Assembly: GCA_030141605.1 (NCBI GenBank)
Contig: JAQGDQ010000566.1
Coordinates: forward strand, 75,306 to 139,305
Length of the DNA stretch: 64,000 nt
Reading direction: 5' to 3'
Source of the DNA: Tubiluchus corallicola
Taxonomy: Eukaryota; Animalia; Priapulida
Shown here: positions 1 to 14,700 of the stretch, one piece after another
How the letters are laid out: the number at the start of each line of letters is the position of its first letter
Numbering within the stretch: position 1 is the first letter of the stretch
Notes under the pieces: model-generated
The model's input: the letters and a program-made list of their open reading frames with translations, nothing else
Database searches by the model: none
What the model was told of the DNA's origin: nothing
Program-made: the position numbers and the translations under genes

Positions 1-89
1 CCTTATCAAGATAGAGATTCTTCCGTTAGGCAGAAAGATGTTATACCACTTGGTAGAGGCATGGTGCAACAAAAGTCAAGGCACCCAGG
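1..89 (+). CDS. Probable upstream exon fragment of gene 1 (runs off the window edge)
   Basis: Frame 1 is open from base 1 (PYQDRDSSVRQKDVIPLGRGMVQQKSRHPG). Phase-2 GT donors at 90 or 96 match the phase-2 acceptor of exon 977. Confidence 0.45.
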
Positions 90-976
90 GTGTAGGTGTG
101 TCCTAATGCCATCATTACTTTATCATGTAGTAACTTTTTAAATCTTGTGATGACTTGGTTTTGTAAAAATGCAGGTGTCGCTAATTTGTCTAAGAAATGT
201 AGAGGAATAATGTTTTCTACTTAATTCTCTGTAAAGGTTTTCTGTATGATGCCAAACAGAATAATTGGTTTTTGCAACTTAAATGATATGTACGCCTCGT
301 TATAAATATCGAATACTGTAAGTCGAAAAACCATTGTGTAATTGACACTAAAACTCACGTTAAACTTCCAAAGTACATTGTGGTGTATTAGTTGCATATT
401 GGTTCTAATCGGGTTTCCTAGGAAAAAGGAGGTACTTCTTTCTGCTCCTTATTTGCCTATGATATTGCATTTGACTTCTGGAATAGGTTTTCTTTAGTGG
501 TTGCATTTTGCCAGGTCACACAGGCTTTTTCTCGATAACCAACAGGTGCTTTAATTGTCAAAATAATAAAAGTTCTTTGTATATAAGCTGATGCTATTCA
601 TATTATTAGTGGCTTCTTCTTCAGACTACTTTCTCAATTATGACATTTAGTGGTTTGATATTCTAATATTACAAGTCTTACAGAATCGCTTAAACAAGCG
701 GCACCTCAGCAATTTAATACAAAGACATAAAACAGGCTTGGACAACCAGTTCACTTGTTTAACATTTACTACATGGCAGTGATGTGAAATTTCTGTTTTT
801 AAGTAAATATTGAGGTTGGACTGGACAGAATAAGCAGGAGTTTTAGCATTTGGCAGCATCTATGAAATCCTTGCAAGAAACGTCTGGATCATTGTTAAGT
901 GTATTAGCCATTATAGTATTGATTTGCTTTGTTTCCCATTTGCATCATCAGCAATTTTATATTTGCCCATTTTCAG

Positions 977-3900
977 CTTGTCTCGTTCTGCACGCAATGC
1001 TGAAATTGAAGATCCCTCGATAGATATTGTTATTGAAGGTTGGTCCGAAGACACTGATGATGCACTTACAGGAACAAGTCTTTCCAAGAAAATTTCGGAA
1101 AGCTGCACACCTTCACGTGTTGAAAAGTATAGTATTTTAACAATTGAACATTTAACAGGGGCATGAGTGTAAAATAAAATTGCATCATCTTGTAAAAAAT
1201 GGCAGTATGTTTATTGTACATTGTGTACAAAACTTGTAATTATATATAGCTTCCCATTTGTTTTGTTTGTGATTGATAATTGTGCTATGTTTTCTCTTTT
1301 CTATATCACCTAGCCTATTTTCAGCCATATATGTTAACTAATAGCATGGGAATGCAGTAAGTTGTTGTTATATTGCCATAAGTATGTTACAGTATACTTT
1401 CTTGCTTGATTTGGTGCATCAAAATTTTACAAAATCCAAAATCGGCGAGAAAATATGAAATTTGGCGACGAATACGAAAGTTCAATTTTGTCGAATTTAG
1501 AGAAAATGTCTAAAATGTTTGTGCTTCTAATGTTGAACGCAGGGTGGTATTTTTAAGACTGGCATCTTAGAGTGTTGAATTCAAGGCGATACTTTGAAAC
1601 TGTACTCAGGTACTTACGTCTTTGTAGATTTTCTCGAAGGAGTGGGCCAAGTCCCGAGAGAGAGGATGAAAGCTGGAAGCAAGAAAGTTTTCCATCATTG
1701 ACTGAAGTTTATAGGTATTGCGGAGTTATTTTAATTATTTTGTTCTGCTGTTGCATTTTTTCAAACTCATTCTCTAGTGGTTTACTTAACTTAATGGTTT
1801 CGTAAGTGATGAATAATACCTACTAAGAACATTACTGATATTCTTGTAAGATTCTTTTATTGAGAAAAGTGAATTTTGGCATATATCATGATCACAAATA
1901 CATTTGAAAATTGTTGTCTGTTTTTTTAAACCAAATTGCAATAGATTTTGCCTGATAATATTTACAGTATGATCTGGCTACCAGACCAAAACATGTGGTT
2001 CCGAGACCCAAAGCTCGACTTTGTTACTAGAAAAAAGCATTTCGTTAAATCATTTGATACTGTTCCATTACAATAATTTGAAACATTGCCCTTTAATAAT
2101 CTTGAGCTTGAGGTTTTGACTTAAAACCTCTTTTTTGTTTTAGAATTTGAATTAATTTTGGTGTTTGTTACTTATATTATTTTTTTATTACAGGTCAGAA
2201 AAGAAGCGAGATTTACCAAAGATAGTGCCTAAATGGAGTAGGAATGTCGCACCTAGGTTTCGGAAGCTGCGGGAGCAGCAGCATCACCAGCAGTCAATTG
2301 CAACGCCACTTTTGCCAGATGAACATCAGATGCATTCCAAAACTGATTTTAGACATTCTCCAAGTCCAGCACTCCAAAATGAATTTGTACATCCTTCAAC
2401 CAGAATTAAAGCTGATGCTAGCTATGCTGAAGCTCTTCCTGTAACTCAAAAATTAGATGCGAATGACAATATGTGCACAGAGGAAAAATCATTAGAAGTT
2501 GATAATCCAAGCCAAATTTCAGACTTGCCAACAGCACTTAATGAGCCGAGTGTGATGAGCAAGAGCATTACAAAGTTAGTTTTTCTTTTTTAATAGAAAA
2601 ACCAGTGATTTTATATTAGCTGCATGGTGTCAAGCCAGCTGGCTGTTAGGCAAAGGCTGATAGATAAACGACTGATTATTCAAGTCTGATTTATCTGTTC
2701 TAACCTAGAGCAATTTTTTAGCAGTCGGTTAAGTGCAAAAACTGAAATATGATTTAGATAATTCAAAAATTCAAAGATAATTCAAAAGTTTTTAAACAAA
2801 TCCTGTAATGAAATAATAGAAACCTGAATGATTTAAAAACGCTAAGTTATCACTGTTAGGTCTTTGCAACAAAATCTAGTGGTCGACCACCAATCAATCA
2901 TTGTTAATTAAAAATCAATAACTGCTCCCTATTTATTACCAGAATTTAAACGAGACCAACTTCGCATTGTGTAAACAAATGAAAAGCAGAGTTGAGTGAT
3001 TACAGTATTATTTATCAAAAATTAACAAGTCTCAAATTTGTTTTCAAATCCATGAGCATAACCATGTTTGTCACTTGACTGTGTCTGGTCCAGTGCGGTT
3101 TACTGATGTGAGAAAATGTAGATCATAATAATTACATTGATTGTGCTCATATGTGGCTAACCAGTGTGCATGGTGCCCATAACTAAGTATCACTTGACTA
3201 TGCCTGGTACAGTTTGACTTACTCGCGTGTGACTGAGCAGTTTGTTCTAATTTTCACATTTACATAATCCCAGGTTATTTAACACTGCCATTGTCTGAGT
3301 TTCTATCCCAGGTGTCTGCCCTCCAAGTTTCATGACCTGAGGAGACCAGCCAGAAAAAAATTGTTTCTGTCTTGCCTCATGTGCACAAAAGATGTCAGTA
3401 CTGAAGTAAAAATTTTTTCAAGCTTTTTGAATGTTTAAAGCTGAATCGTGGATTCAGGTGAAATCCAAAGTTTTTTTCTTATTTTCCACTGGTTAGCAGT
3501 ACTGTTTTAAATATTTTCAATGTCTTGCATTACTAAAATATCGTGTAATTATCGATTATTGTATGGTCGCTTTTTTATACGTTACGAACGCGTGTTCTGA
3601 TAATTATGGTGTAAGCAGCAACACTACTTGGGGTCATCAACATGCTGATTTGCAAGAAAATACGATATTTTCCGGTATCCAGTATGATAATCAGAATCAT
3701 ACAAAATGTCAGTCTTGGCCAAGAGATTGCCTTAGAAAAACATGGCTGCGTCCTCTCCAGAACAATGACGTTATAACAATTATTGCATTTTAAGTTTTAA
3801 ATTTAAAAAATGCGCCATTATATGACGGAGTAAGTTAAGTGTATGAACGTGTAAAGAAAGATAAAATTCCTACCCGGCCAATTAGATGTAAACAGAAGTA

Positions 3901-5702
3901 TTTTTATTGTGGCGGTTCGTAGTTCAAATTACTGGAGGTGCTACTTCAGAAAAATCTTAGCCATTGTTCTAATACTGTGTAAAGCAAAACAAACATATGT
4001 GATTTTTTAGTGTTGTAATTTGTAATTTTAATGTTGTAATTTGTAGAATCCTAAACAACAAATATTGTTTGCTTGCAATTAGCCTAAATTATCGCAGTTC
4101 AGGCAATGCACTTGCGAGTTAAAATGAATTAAAAATGGTTGCTTTATAAAACTTGTGAAATCAATGCCTAGCATTGAGTTCTCATAGAATCTGTTGCTTG
4201 CAGATTATATAAAAGTGTGCACTTGTCCAAACACTGTTTGTTTGATATTTTAATGATGCCTTACCTGTTGCCAGGTCATCAGACGAAGAAAAAGAGAAGC
4301 GGGAGATAAGACATGGTCATCTTGTTAAGCAAATTGATAAGGTTCTCACTTCTCATAGTCTGCATCATTACGATGCCATTCTGGATGAACTGGATAAAGT
4401 TATAATGATGGGTTGGTTTTTTTTTAATTACAGTCTTTTTATTTTAACCTGAGTTTGCAGCTGAGTTTGCAAACGATGTTACTAAGAACATTTCTGGTGC
4501 ACCAAGAATTTTCTGAATTAGTGATGTTCATGAATTTTGAATAGGTTACTAATTTTCTAAAGGATGTCACATTTGATTTTACAAACCCACAGTTATTTTA
4601 AAAACATGTGGTTTTGTAAAAATACACAAATTAATTTAAATAATAATAATATAATACATCTAATTTATTCTCCATTTGCAGAAGTACAATACATTTGTTA
4701 TTCATAAATACACTTCATGCATAATATATGAAACATTACTACAGTTATCACAGTTAATTACATATATGCAATAGTGTGCATGAAAGTTATCTGTGTCAAT
4801 ATTCTCTAATGTATACTGTACATTACAGCACCTGATACGAATATCTGTGAAATACAGTACCGTTTGGTTACACTAGGAAAAATACTTTTCTTTTTGTGCT
4901 TTTGCATTGCAAAATCACAATAATAGGCATTTAGAATAATCATAGTTTCATAATTCTGACATTTTCTTTTTGCGACATGATTGACTAAGCTGCATGCAAT
5001 CTTTAAAGCAAACAGGATAGCTTACACCCGCATTGAACTGCTAAGACATAAGCTCTCGCCGCTGACGAATCTCTGCTTTCAAGACATTCCGGAAGCTATT
5101 GTCAAACACCATTCACTGTGCTTTGATGATGATTACCAGAATGGGATAAAAGATGCACCACATAAAGGCAAGCGTTTGACATTTTTTGCGTGCTTGTTGC
5201 AATCATCATCATCATAATAGCCATGGTCATTGTTATTGCCTGTAACATTGCTCATCATTGTATATGTGTTTATAATTTGTCGAAACTTCGGTAACCATTT
5301 CCATATTATCAATAGTGTGTATTAGAAATTATAATCAATCATTGCCGTATTTGTTGCTGTTCCCAATTGTATTAGAAATTTTTACACTTTCTTATTTCAG
5401 TTATTTTCAGTTTGATTTTTTTTATTATGCACTTATTATTACTGTGTATGAATTGTACTAACACGTTATAAGTTTATCAATTTAATGTCATTCATAACAA
5501 TTTAGTTTTTATTATAAGCAGTACTAACACTAATACACTGTAGCATAGCGCCTATAAAAAATGTTCATCACTAACCAAAGGGCAGCTGAATAGATGACCA
5601 ATTGGTCTTTCGCTGCCCTTTCTTCACATTTTTGTTACCAAATTAATTGTATTATAACTGTGCGTGTGTTAAAAGATAAATAAAAGATTATTATTATTAT
5701 TA

Positions 5703-5769
<67 letters not shown>

Positions 5770-8700
5770 GGTAATGATTGATTTTGAAAGTAACTGACTG
5801 TAAATTGTTCTGCTGCACAAACACATGTTTTGACCACTTGTTTATTTTTGAAACTGTACATTTTAATATTTCTGCTTCTTAAATGATTGAAAACAAATAA
5901 CAAGAACATAGTAATTGGTCAATCGTTTTGGCCTCCATGGCATAGTTTAGTTATTGAGGCCAATTTCAAGAGGCATTTGGCGCACTCATATTCTGCTAAA
6001 TTTCTTTTAAAAATTAAGTGTAACTCAATTTACTACCATGTACCTAAAATGTAAATGTAGTTTTATGTTTTAGTATTTAAGCTCACCCAACAACATATTG
6101 ATGAAACAAAACATTTAAAGCAACTGCCGTTATACGTGTTCAGTATTCATTGCTGCTCTTCATATTTAGTATTTTTTCTTTATATTTGTTCTTCTAATAG
6201 TGTTAATGTTGTTATTAACAATCGTATGTAGTCAAGGTGATCTTATCAGCCCTTAGGACTGTTTGTCAAAGGTGTAATATGGAATAAGAGAACGTATATA
6301 TAAAATGTAAATGGTTTATTAAGATAGGTTGTGCTGTTTGATTTATGAGTTCTTGGGAAATCTTTTACTATCATAATTTTTAATTTTTTGTACTGCCAAC
6401 AATTAGAACATTTAAAGTGTTGCCTTTTCGTAAGCATTATAACCACATTATATTTGTAGTGTATTTTTTGTAGCGTAGTCTATCAGTTATTTGTTTAATT
6501 ATCCATTAGTCAAACGTATTAATTTTTTAATCACTTAATTCCAGAGACCACTTTGACATCTGGTGCTGAATGGCTTGAACTTGTGTTGGAGACGATTATG
6601 CGAGCCGCCATTCGACAGGGCTTCCCGGATGCCTCACATCTAGTCATCTTACTGGGAAAATTCCAAGGCAGGTTGCATTGGTTTTCTTCTAGTAATGCTT
6701 ACAGGCTCAAAACAGTGGAATGTTTGGATTATTAAGTTGTGTCAAGTTCTGATCATCTGAGGTGTAAGATATGGCTAAGTGGTCATAATATGTACTTCAT
6801 AGTCAAAGTTAAGCAAAACCAAGATTGTATAGTGAATGGAGGTTGACCACGGGTTCAATACTCACTCTAGGCATTTCTTTCATCACACTAATTCTGGCTG
6901 TTTGCCTAAATGATAAAAGATGTATTCAAAACTAACCTTGCAGAGATATTTCTGCCTGTTCAATACCTCATCTTAGAAGATGGACTTTGACCAGTATTGC
7001 AATAACCAGCTACATTAAGTACACCTTGAATTTATTTTCAAAGGGCCATCTGTAAATTCTCTTAATGAAAGTTTGCTTACAACAGGTTGCTGTAAACTTG
7101 ACCAATTTTAAATCCTTAGAGTAATTAATATTATTCTCACATATGTGACAATAATCTCTTAAATTTGGTCATAGATGCTAATGTTTGTTTCCACAAGTCT
7201 CCATTGTTTCAATTTTTTTTGCATTTTCTGTAAAAGGTGTTTCTGTTATGGTTTAATTATATGCATTTACAAAAATAGGTAAAGAAGGTTATGCTGTCTG
7301 TTTAAACAAACTCTTGTTGAAGTATCAAAACCAGTTCATAAACTCCAAGGTAACTTTTTATTATAGTGTACATCTTTATTTTCTTTTGTTGTATTTTTAC
7401 CAACAAGCAGGAATTTATTGCACGCTTGAACGGAGCGGTCTGACCACAGTTCAAGCAAAATGTCATATTAAGAAATTCACCGTAAATTAATATTAATTGC
7501 TGTATGTTCTAAGAACATTCTAAGTACAGTAGGCGCGCTTAATAGACTCACGGTTAATAGACTCAATCGCTTAATTGACTCAAAAACGCCTGGTACGTGC
7601 CGCTTCTATTCAAATGTACATAAAAACTATCGGTAATTGACTCAAATATTTAACTCCACATCATTGACTCAATATTTCACCTACTTAAAATAACACATTT
7701 GTATGTGCCCAAAGAACCTTTCCTACTTTTATGTCATCTTTTCTTCCCTTTTGTGCACTATGTATACAAAAACAATCATGTTAAGTACCGTTTTGTTTGT
7801 AAGCAGGTACGTTTATCATGTGCTAATACGCTAGCATTGTGGTTTTGCTTTAAATCTGTTACCTGCTCGTCCACTGCAATTATCCTCATTACCCAGGAAT
7901 TTCTGGAAGCTGAGCATTTAATTACTTGTCTAGCGCTTTCCCTTTGAAGCTCTCATTTCAAATCACACTTACGCTTAATCAGTTAGCAACCAAAGATGCC
8001 AGTACAGTAATCAGCAGGTATTCTTTGTGAAATATGATTAGAGCACAGAGTTAAGAAAAATTGCAACTCAAGCACACCAAGCGCTAAATGTTTTATGAGA
8101 ATATGTGCATCACACAGCAACGGATTTTCAATGTTTTTATAATTATGAGAATTTTGTGAGACAACTTGTTCATGATAAAGTGAAGCAGCCGACTTTGAAG
8201 GAATTTTTGTAATTTTTGCAATTAAATGGACTTGTGTGATTTTTAAAAGTATACTTTTTAATATATTGCTAATTCACTTATCTATACTCTTATATTAATA
8301 TTCTTGGTATCTTAATTTATATATATATAAGATTCGCGGCTACAGCCCGGACGAGGGCACCATTTGCGGCGATCTATATATCAAACGAAAGGTCTCGATC
8401 TAGTGTCGTGCCATTGATGGTTTATTTTTCGAATCGGGCCCACCTGAAGGAAGGGGAGTCGAAAAACCTCCAAAAATGGCCATTTTTCGACCGTTTTTTG
8501 CAAAAGTTATACGGCTGAGATGTAGAGAACGGGAATGGGTCGAGGGTGGTGCTGGGTATGGATAGATAGCCCGTTCAGCGGTGGGTGTCATAGGCCTATT
8601 TAGAATTCGCGAGAGGACCACGGCGCCCCGCAACGGGCGTTTTCCCGGACCCAACCCCCGATTTTTTCGAAATTTTGACCAAACAGCCTGCGGGAAAAAC

Positions 8701-11700
8701 GTTCTAGCGGCGCCAGGTGGGACTCTCGGAAGGAGATATACGGCTCTTTAGAAAGAGGAAGAACGGGGCTACACGATGATGTGGGCTATATTTTAGGACA
8801 GGTCCACCGAGAGGAGTACCAACGAGTTAATTAGGAGTTCTATTTTCGGCAATTTTCGCTTAGAAAGCTGCTGACGCAAAGGCATTGTTGTGACGTCATC
8901 CATTGTACTCTACTCTGCTTATAACTTTAATTCAGCAAAAAGCTACAGGCTTTGCGTTAGTTAAACAGACAGTAGGCATGATGTTACGGGCTTTGCGTTA
9001 TACATGAGGACTAGGTAGGATGTTCGCGTATTATTGATTACACGTGGTTTTTTACGCAAAATCTTTTGCGGGGCCTTTGCTATTTATTATATTATAGCAC
9101 ATAGTTTCAACTTTGTGAAAAATGTTTGGAATGGTTTTGTTGTAATGCTGTGCTGTTGGTGCTTGTGCTATAGGTGTCGTCATCATTGCCACCATCCATC
9201 ATCATCATCATCAACATCATGATCACCACGTGAGGTGGTGGATTTGATGTGGTGTGGTGTGATGTGGTGGAGTATTATGGTGTGGGTGGTGCAGTGGTAT
9301 GGTGTGGTGCAGTGTGGTGGAGTGGTATGGTGTGGGTGGTATGGTGTGGTGCAGTGTGGTGTTATGGTGTGGTGCTGTGCGGTGTAATGTGGTGGAGTAT
9401 TATGGTGTGGTGTGGTGTGGTGTGTGGGTGGTGCAGTGGTATGGTGTGGGTGGTGTGGTGTGTAGGTGGGTGGGTGGTGTGGTGCAGTGTGGTGTTATGG
9501 TGTGGTGCTGTGCGGTGTGATGTGGTGGAGTATTATGGTGTGGGTGGTGTGGTGTGGTGTGGGTGGTGTGGTGTGGTGTGTGGGTGGTATGGTGTGGTGC
9601 AGTGTGGTGGAGTGGTATGGTGTGGGTGGTGTGGTGTGTAGGTGATATGGTGTGGTGCGGTGCGGTGTGGTGGTATTGTGTGGTGCGATGAGGTGGAGTG
9701 GTATGGTGTGGTGCAGTGTGGTGTGATGAGGTGGAGTGGTGTGGTGTGGGTTGTGTGTTGATTTGTGCACAAAATTCTTTTTGTGGGGTTTGGCTAGTAT
9801 AAATTAATATTTTAAAATATATTTTTTTTAAATATTTAACTGCACAAAGGAATTCAGGTATTGCTTCATTTCTAAAAAAACCTTTGCATTGCATACTAAG
9901 GTGATGACTCATACTTCTATATCTGTAATACTACACCCATCTGTTAATAGGTTCAGTCAGTTAATTGGATCAAAACACTTCGGTCCCAAAGTGAGTCCAT
10001 TAAGCGGTGCCTACAGTAGCATAATACACCGATTTTAGTGCTAAATTTATTATTACAGTGTTCATAATTCCTTACACTTTTGTTTGTTTTACTTTTTTAA
10101 GACTGAAAAAGCCAGTGCTGTATTAATGGACTTTTAATAATAAAACATTTAATAATGGACGTTTAATAATAAAAGCCAAGTACTTTTTGTAAAGTCTACA
10201 GAAGATCTAATCATGTGCTGGAAATGTTGCAATAGTTTTAAGCAGTTCTGTAAACGACTTTATTCACAAAGGTATTAAAAGCTGACTAGAATATCTTTGT
10301 CGTCTAAGTTTAATTTAGTAACTTTGTTTGAGGAATCGTAACTTTTGGTAAAATGCATATAGAGGAAAAGCGGCCAAAACCTGAATCTTGGTCAGATTCT
10401 TCCGGATGTCTCTTTCTGTGGCATGGTCACATATGGCGTGGAGAACATGTTTTTTATCGAATTTGTGGTTGTTTGACTTTGACAAACTAAGGCAATAAGC
10501 AAATTATTAACTGCATCTGGTGTATTTGAAAAGCTCATGCAGAATAGTAGGATGTTGACCTAAAATCTGACCATTGTTGCGTGTTTGTGTTGCAGACTCT
10601 CAGTACACCTCGTGCTCAACTACTGCGTCAAAACTACTGTGCACTTTTAGCACGGGTATTCCTAGATGCTCAAGGCTGGGGGGAAAAGTAAGTGTTATCA
10701 GATAATGTTTCATTTAAATTTAACTCAGTTGTTGTTCAGTTTGCTTGTAATGCCAAAACACTATGTTGTCTTGCTAATGTAAAGTGTAACTATGAATGAA
10801 ATTTCATTTAATATATGTGATAACATGTATAATGTGAGATACTTTTTGCAGTCTTTTGTATATTTTCTGCCACTGTCTGCTTATAGCATTTCTGTTGATT
10901 ATAACAAAGCAATTAAATATTGCAGAGTGTAGTATACGGGTCCTGGTGCAAAATTGATTTGCCACTTTAAAATATTATACAAACATCCATTTTGGATATC
11001 TGATTTGCCTGTTTTATTCAAGTCTTGTTTTTTTTCTGTTGATTAGCAGACTGTTCTAGTGTAACCCAGTTAAATATTATTATGATCTATTTGGTATAGT
11101 AGAGGTATAGCATGGTTTTGAAATGCTAAGGTTCTGTGATTTTTGCACCTTGCTCTAGTACTGAATTTGAGCTCTATCAATCTATGTGGAACACGTTCTT
11201 GTTGCATCTTTTAAATCTGGTAAAATTTCGTCTACACTATAAATGACAAAGCTGTAGAAATATTCTAAATAGTACGTTGTACGCCCTACTAAGAAATGAT
11301 GTGCAATAGGTTCTATCATTGTCCTGTAAAACTCGATTATGGTCAGTTTTAAAAATGGACAGCCGTATAGCCTATTTTACATGCATTTTAGCAATAAGAT
11401 GGGTTAATTGTATGGGCCTTATTACGCGATTGTAAAAATTGTTCACAGCAGAGTAGAACTTTTCAAAGCCAGATGTTTGGGTTTTATCACATATTAGATT
11501 ATTTTACTTTCTCACTTAGACTTACCCAAAATGCATTGTGTTTATATTTTTTTTTAGAAATGCAACAACTGTAAACAAGTTTGTCTTTCATACGCTGGAA
11601 AAGTGGACAATTTTCAATAGGAATGCTGTGGTAAATTTCACAAAATTAAGTTCATATATATATTTGTAGCAACCAACCAAGAACCCAGGGAGGGGGATTG

Positions 11701-14700
11701 GGGGTCGAGGCAGTAAATGGGGCTTTGTGTAACTGTGAAGCGCATCACAGTTTTTGAAATCTTGTCAAATCAAACCTGTATGTTATAATTTCAAACAAGC
11801 ATGAGAACAAGCCTTGATAAAGACCTCATAAAGCATCTGTGTAATTTCCTAAACATCTGTGTGTTTCTTATATTTTGGTAGAATACTAATTTAGCAAAAT
11901 TAAGCTGTATTATTAACACATGTTAGTCATTACTTAAGAACTCCGTGTTTTGTTTTAACACTTTTTCACTTAGTGACGAATGTTTCATTATAAAAATGAA
12001 TTTCTTGGCCCTAGTTCCAGTGAATTTTTATTTCTGCTCTTTTAAGAAACCAGTACTAAGTCCTAAGTGATATTGTGCTTACCATACTTATTAATAGCTG
12101 GGTGTCATGGATGTGATTTATTACTGGTGCTTGCCTGCTTAGAGACCCTACTGTTACTTGTACACTTAGGGTTAGTAACTAAATTTACCAGTTACTGTAT
12201 TTTACAGTGTTGGGAGAAAGCAGTGCTTTCATATTGGGAGAAAGTTTGGTAAAAAAATGTAATATTAAGCAGTAACACTGGTAAAATGTTTGATTTATAT
12301 GAGTCAACTGTTATTTACCATTACCATCCTAACCCCCAACCGTCCCCCCGGATTTAAGTTTTCATGCGATAGTCTGGTTCTAACATATAATGCCTCACAA
12401 CAAATATTATAGATATTTTCTACACAATTTTCAATTCATATGTAAATTACTCTAGCTTTTTACATTAATATCTTGTGATTGTGAACATGAATAATCAAAT
12501 TGCATGATATAACATAGTTCCATGCCGGTATCATATTGTTTCATAATCAGCTAACCAATAACTTATAATTACAAAAATCAGTTCACTGTTGTTTGTGTAT
12601 TACAGCATCAACAGAAGAGTCAGCTGTGGTTACAACAACAGTTTGTCGATTGTGTTCAGCTAGTCCTGTACAGTGTTGGACCCATCATGGAAGCTCGTTT
12701 CTTAAATGAAACTAATAAAATATTTGATGCAATCAGGGAGTGTGCTTTGTCTGATAATGTTCCCAAGTAAGAAATTAAGCTAATTTTCTATAACTTGTAC
12801 TTAGTCAGTAAGTTAAATGCATTGTCTACATAGCATATGAGATATGTAACAGTTAAATATAAAACATAAATTATTTCTTAAAATTATTTCAGAACTACTA
12901 AAACCAAGATGCTAGACCTGCTGCTGTTTCGTAGTGAAAACTGGGGTCGTGTTAAGATCGAAAGCTCTACATTTTCTTCTGATGATGAGAGAAGTGGTAA
13001 AGAATCTTACTGCTGTGCTTTCCTTTGTACTTGCTGTAGCTAATTAAGTTTATTCCTTGTGTAAAATTTTATGGCGTGAAATTAAATGATGATTACATTT
13101 ATACTTCTAACTACAATGCTTGTTGCTTCTAGCCAGTGGCATAGGAATAGCATCCGAGGTCTCGAACACAGTTAATTTTGTCATCTTTGTCAGGTGCTAA
13201 TTATGTTTATTATAGACATTATTTAGGCAGAATTTTTAAATGTGTACTTGCATAGCAGAATCGTCCACAAGTCGGTAAATGAGCTTTTCTGGTTATTCAC
13301 ATATTCCTGACGAATATCTGGGCTTGGCAACAGAAAAAACTTGAAACAAAATGACTGCTTCCACGAGCTTCTATCGGAGTTTGAAGATACGAGTTTTTTA
13401 CAATAGCAGTACTTGTTTGTACCCAGAAAAGTGGGTAGGGGGTTTAAATTTTTAATATTTTTTAAATATTTTCTTGATAATTTCATGTTAGAATATTAAA
13501 GTCCAGTATATTTAGCATTTGTTTTTATAAAAAAAAACAAAAACTTGACATTTGAACAAATTTTTGGTGCATTCTACTTTGAAGCATCATAACATAGTTT
13601 TAACTATGCCAACTTATGGACGGTTTTGGTTCGCAAGCTCACAAATGAAAAAGGTATATTTTGAAGACATGAATCCAGCAAGCACTAGACTTTGCTGTGC
13701 CAATGTCACTACCATTCATTTAAAAAGAAATTGTGAGACTGAACAGCTTTTTATATAAAAACTTCAAAATGAGCTTTATTAGCATTTTAAACTTTATAGC
13801 AGCTTTAAATTTAAATATTTTATTTGTTTCATTGCATTCTAATGTAAAGTGCAAAACAGTTTTTATAAAGCTCAAGTTCATATTTTCATGTAAATTAGCA
13901 TTCTGTGTGATTATGCATGTTCCATTATTCCATTGCCAAACGTTTATGCATTTTTAGAAGCTGAACCCCCAAATACAGCTAAACAGAGAGTTGAGGTGCC
14001 GCAGACTGAACCTCCGTTGCAATCGGTCACTGGGACGCCCAGTAAGTGAATAAGTAAAAGAATAATGAGTAAAAGAAGAATAATTAATAAGAATGACAAG
14101 AATAATGAATTTCCGCATTACGTATTTAGTGCACTTTGTATTTTTGCATTGAATTAATCTGTGTTATTCAGTAAGAGAACTTACCTTTGTCATGGTTTGT
14201 GGTCAGAGAACTAAGTTGAGCATTTGTGAACCTGCTCAATAAAAACAAATGAATGGGAGGCGGCCACGAAAACTTCTGGCTGTTTCTTACCGTACATGCT
14301 GTTTATTGTGTTAAGAGGGATGGAGACATGTCCGAATGTGGTTTAGGCACCGTTGCTGTTTCAGTATATCATCTTAGTGAATTGTCGTTGATAATGAAAT
14401 AAGTACTTTTAAGTGAAGGATGTTGGTCTGCCATACTAAGTGAAGAAATTTATTGACTAACAGAATAACCCTGGACAAGTTCTGATAGGTGACTGGTTCT
14501 GGCTAGTAGTTAGTGTAACGGCTGATAATTGATTCTGTTTTCCCGAAGTTTCTAAGTTTGTGCAAAAATATATCGGTTCATCGGAGAACTCCGATAATGA
14601 AATGGCTATAATGAGTCACTATGGAAATCAGGAGTTAATCTTTCTCAAGGTCTGTGCAATTGATAATTGACAAAAATCATCCATTTCTGATATTACTGCT

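Larger units (their letters stand above)
7527..10016. mobile_element. pogo/Tigger-like non-autonomous DNA transposon with nested insertions
   Basis: TA|CAGTAGGCGCGCTTAATAGACTCAC at 7527 and GTGAGTCCATTAAGCGGTGCCTACAG|TA ending 10016 form an imperfect ~26-bp TIR pair with TA flanks. Subterminal TTAATAG/TTAATTG-core repeats at both ends. Confidence 0.7.
4275..12950 (+). other. MIF4G (HEAT-like) domain-coding exons of gene 1
   Basis: Amphipathic helices LELVLETIMRAAI / LNKLLLKYQNQF / NYCALLARVFLD / DCVQLVLYSVGPIME / KMLDLLLFRSENWG. Order and spacing match what I recall for PAIP1 (..MLLKLVELRSSNWGRV) and MIF4GD/SLIP1 MIF4G domains. Confidence 0.75.

Noticed and set aside
8400-8654. 84-aa GC-rich minus-strand ORF
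   Set aside because: Lies inside the Helitron-like element; no Rep/helicase or other motif.
9249-9760. True telomere or interstitial TTAGGG array
   Set aside because: No TTAGGG units; the array is internal and tied to a transposon-like terminus.
9249-9912. ORFs rich in V/W/C/G or H/T/P (also 62960-63999)
   Set aside because: Translations of the GTGGT satellite; open in several frames on both strands, with no splice context.
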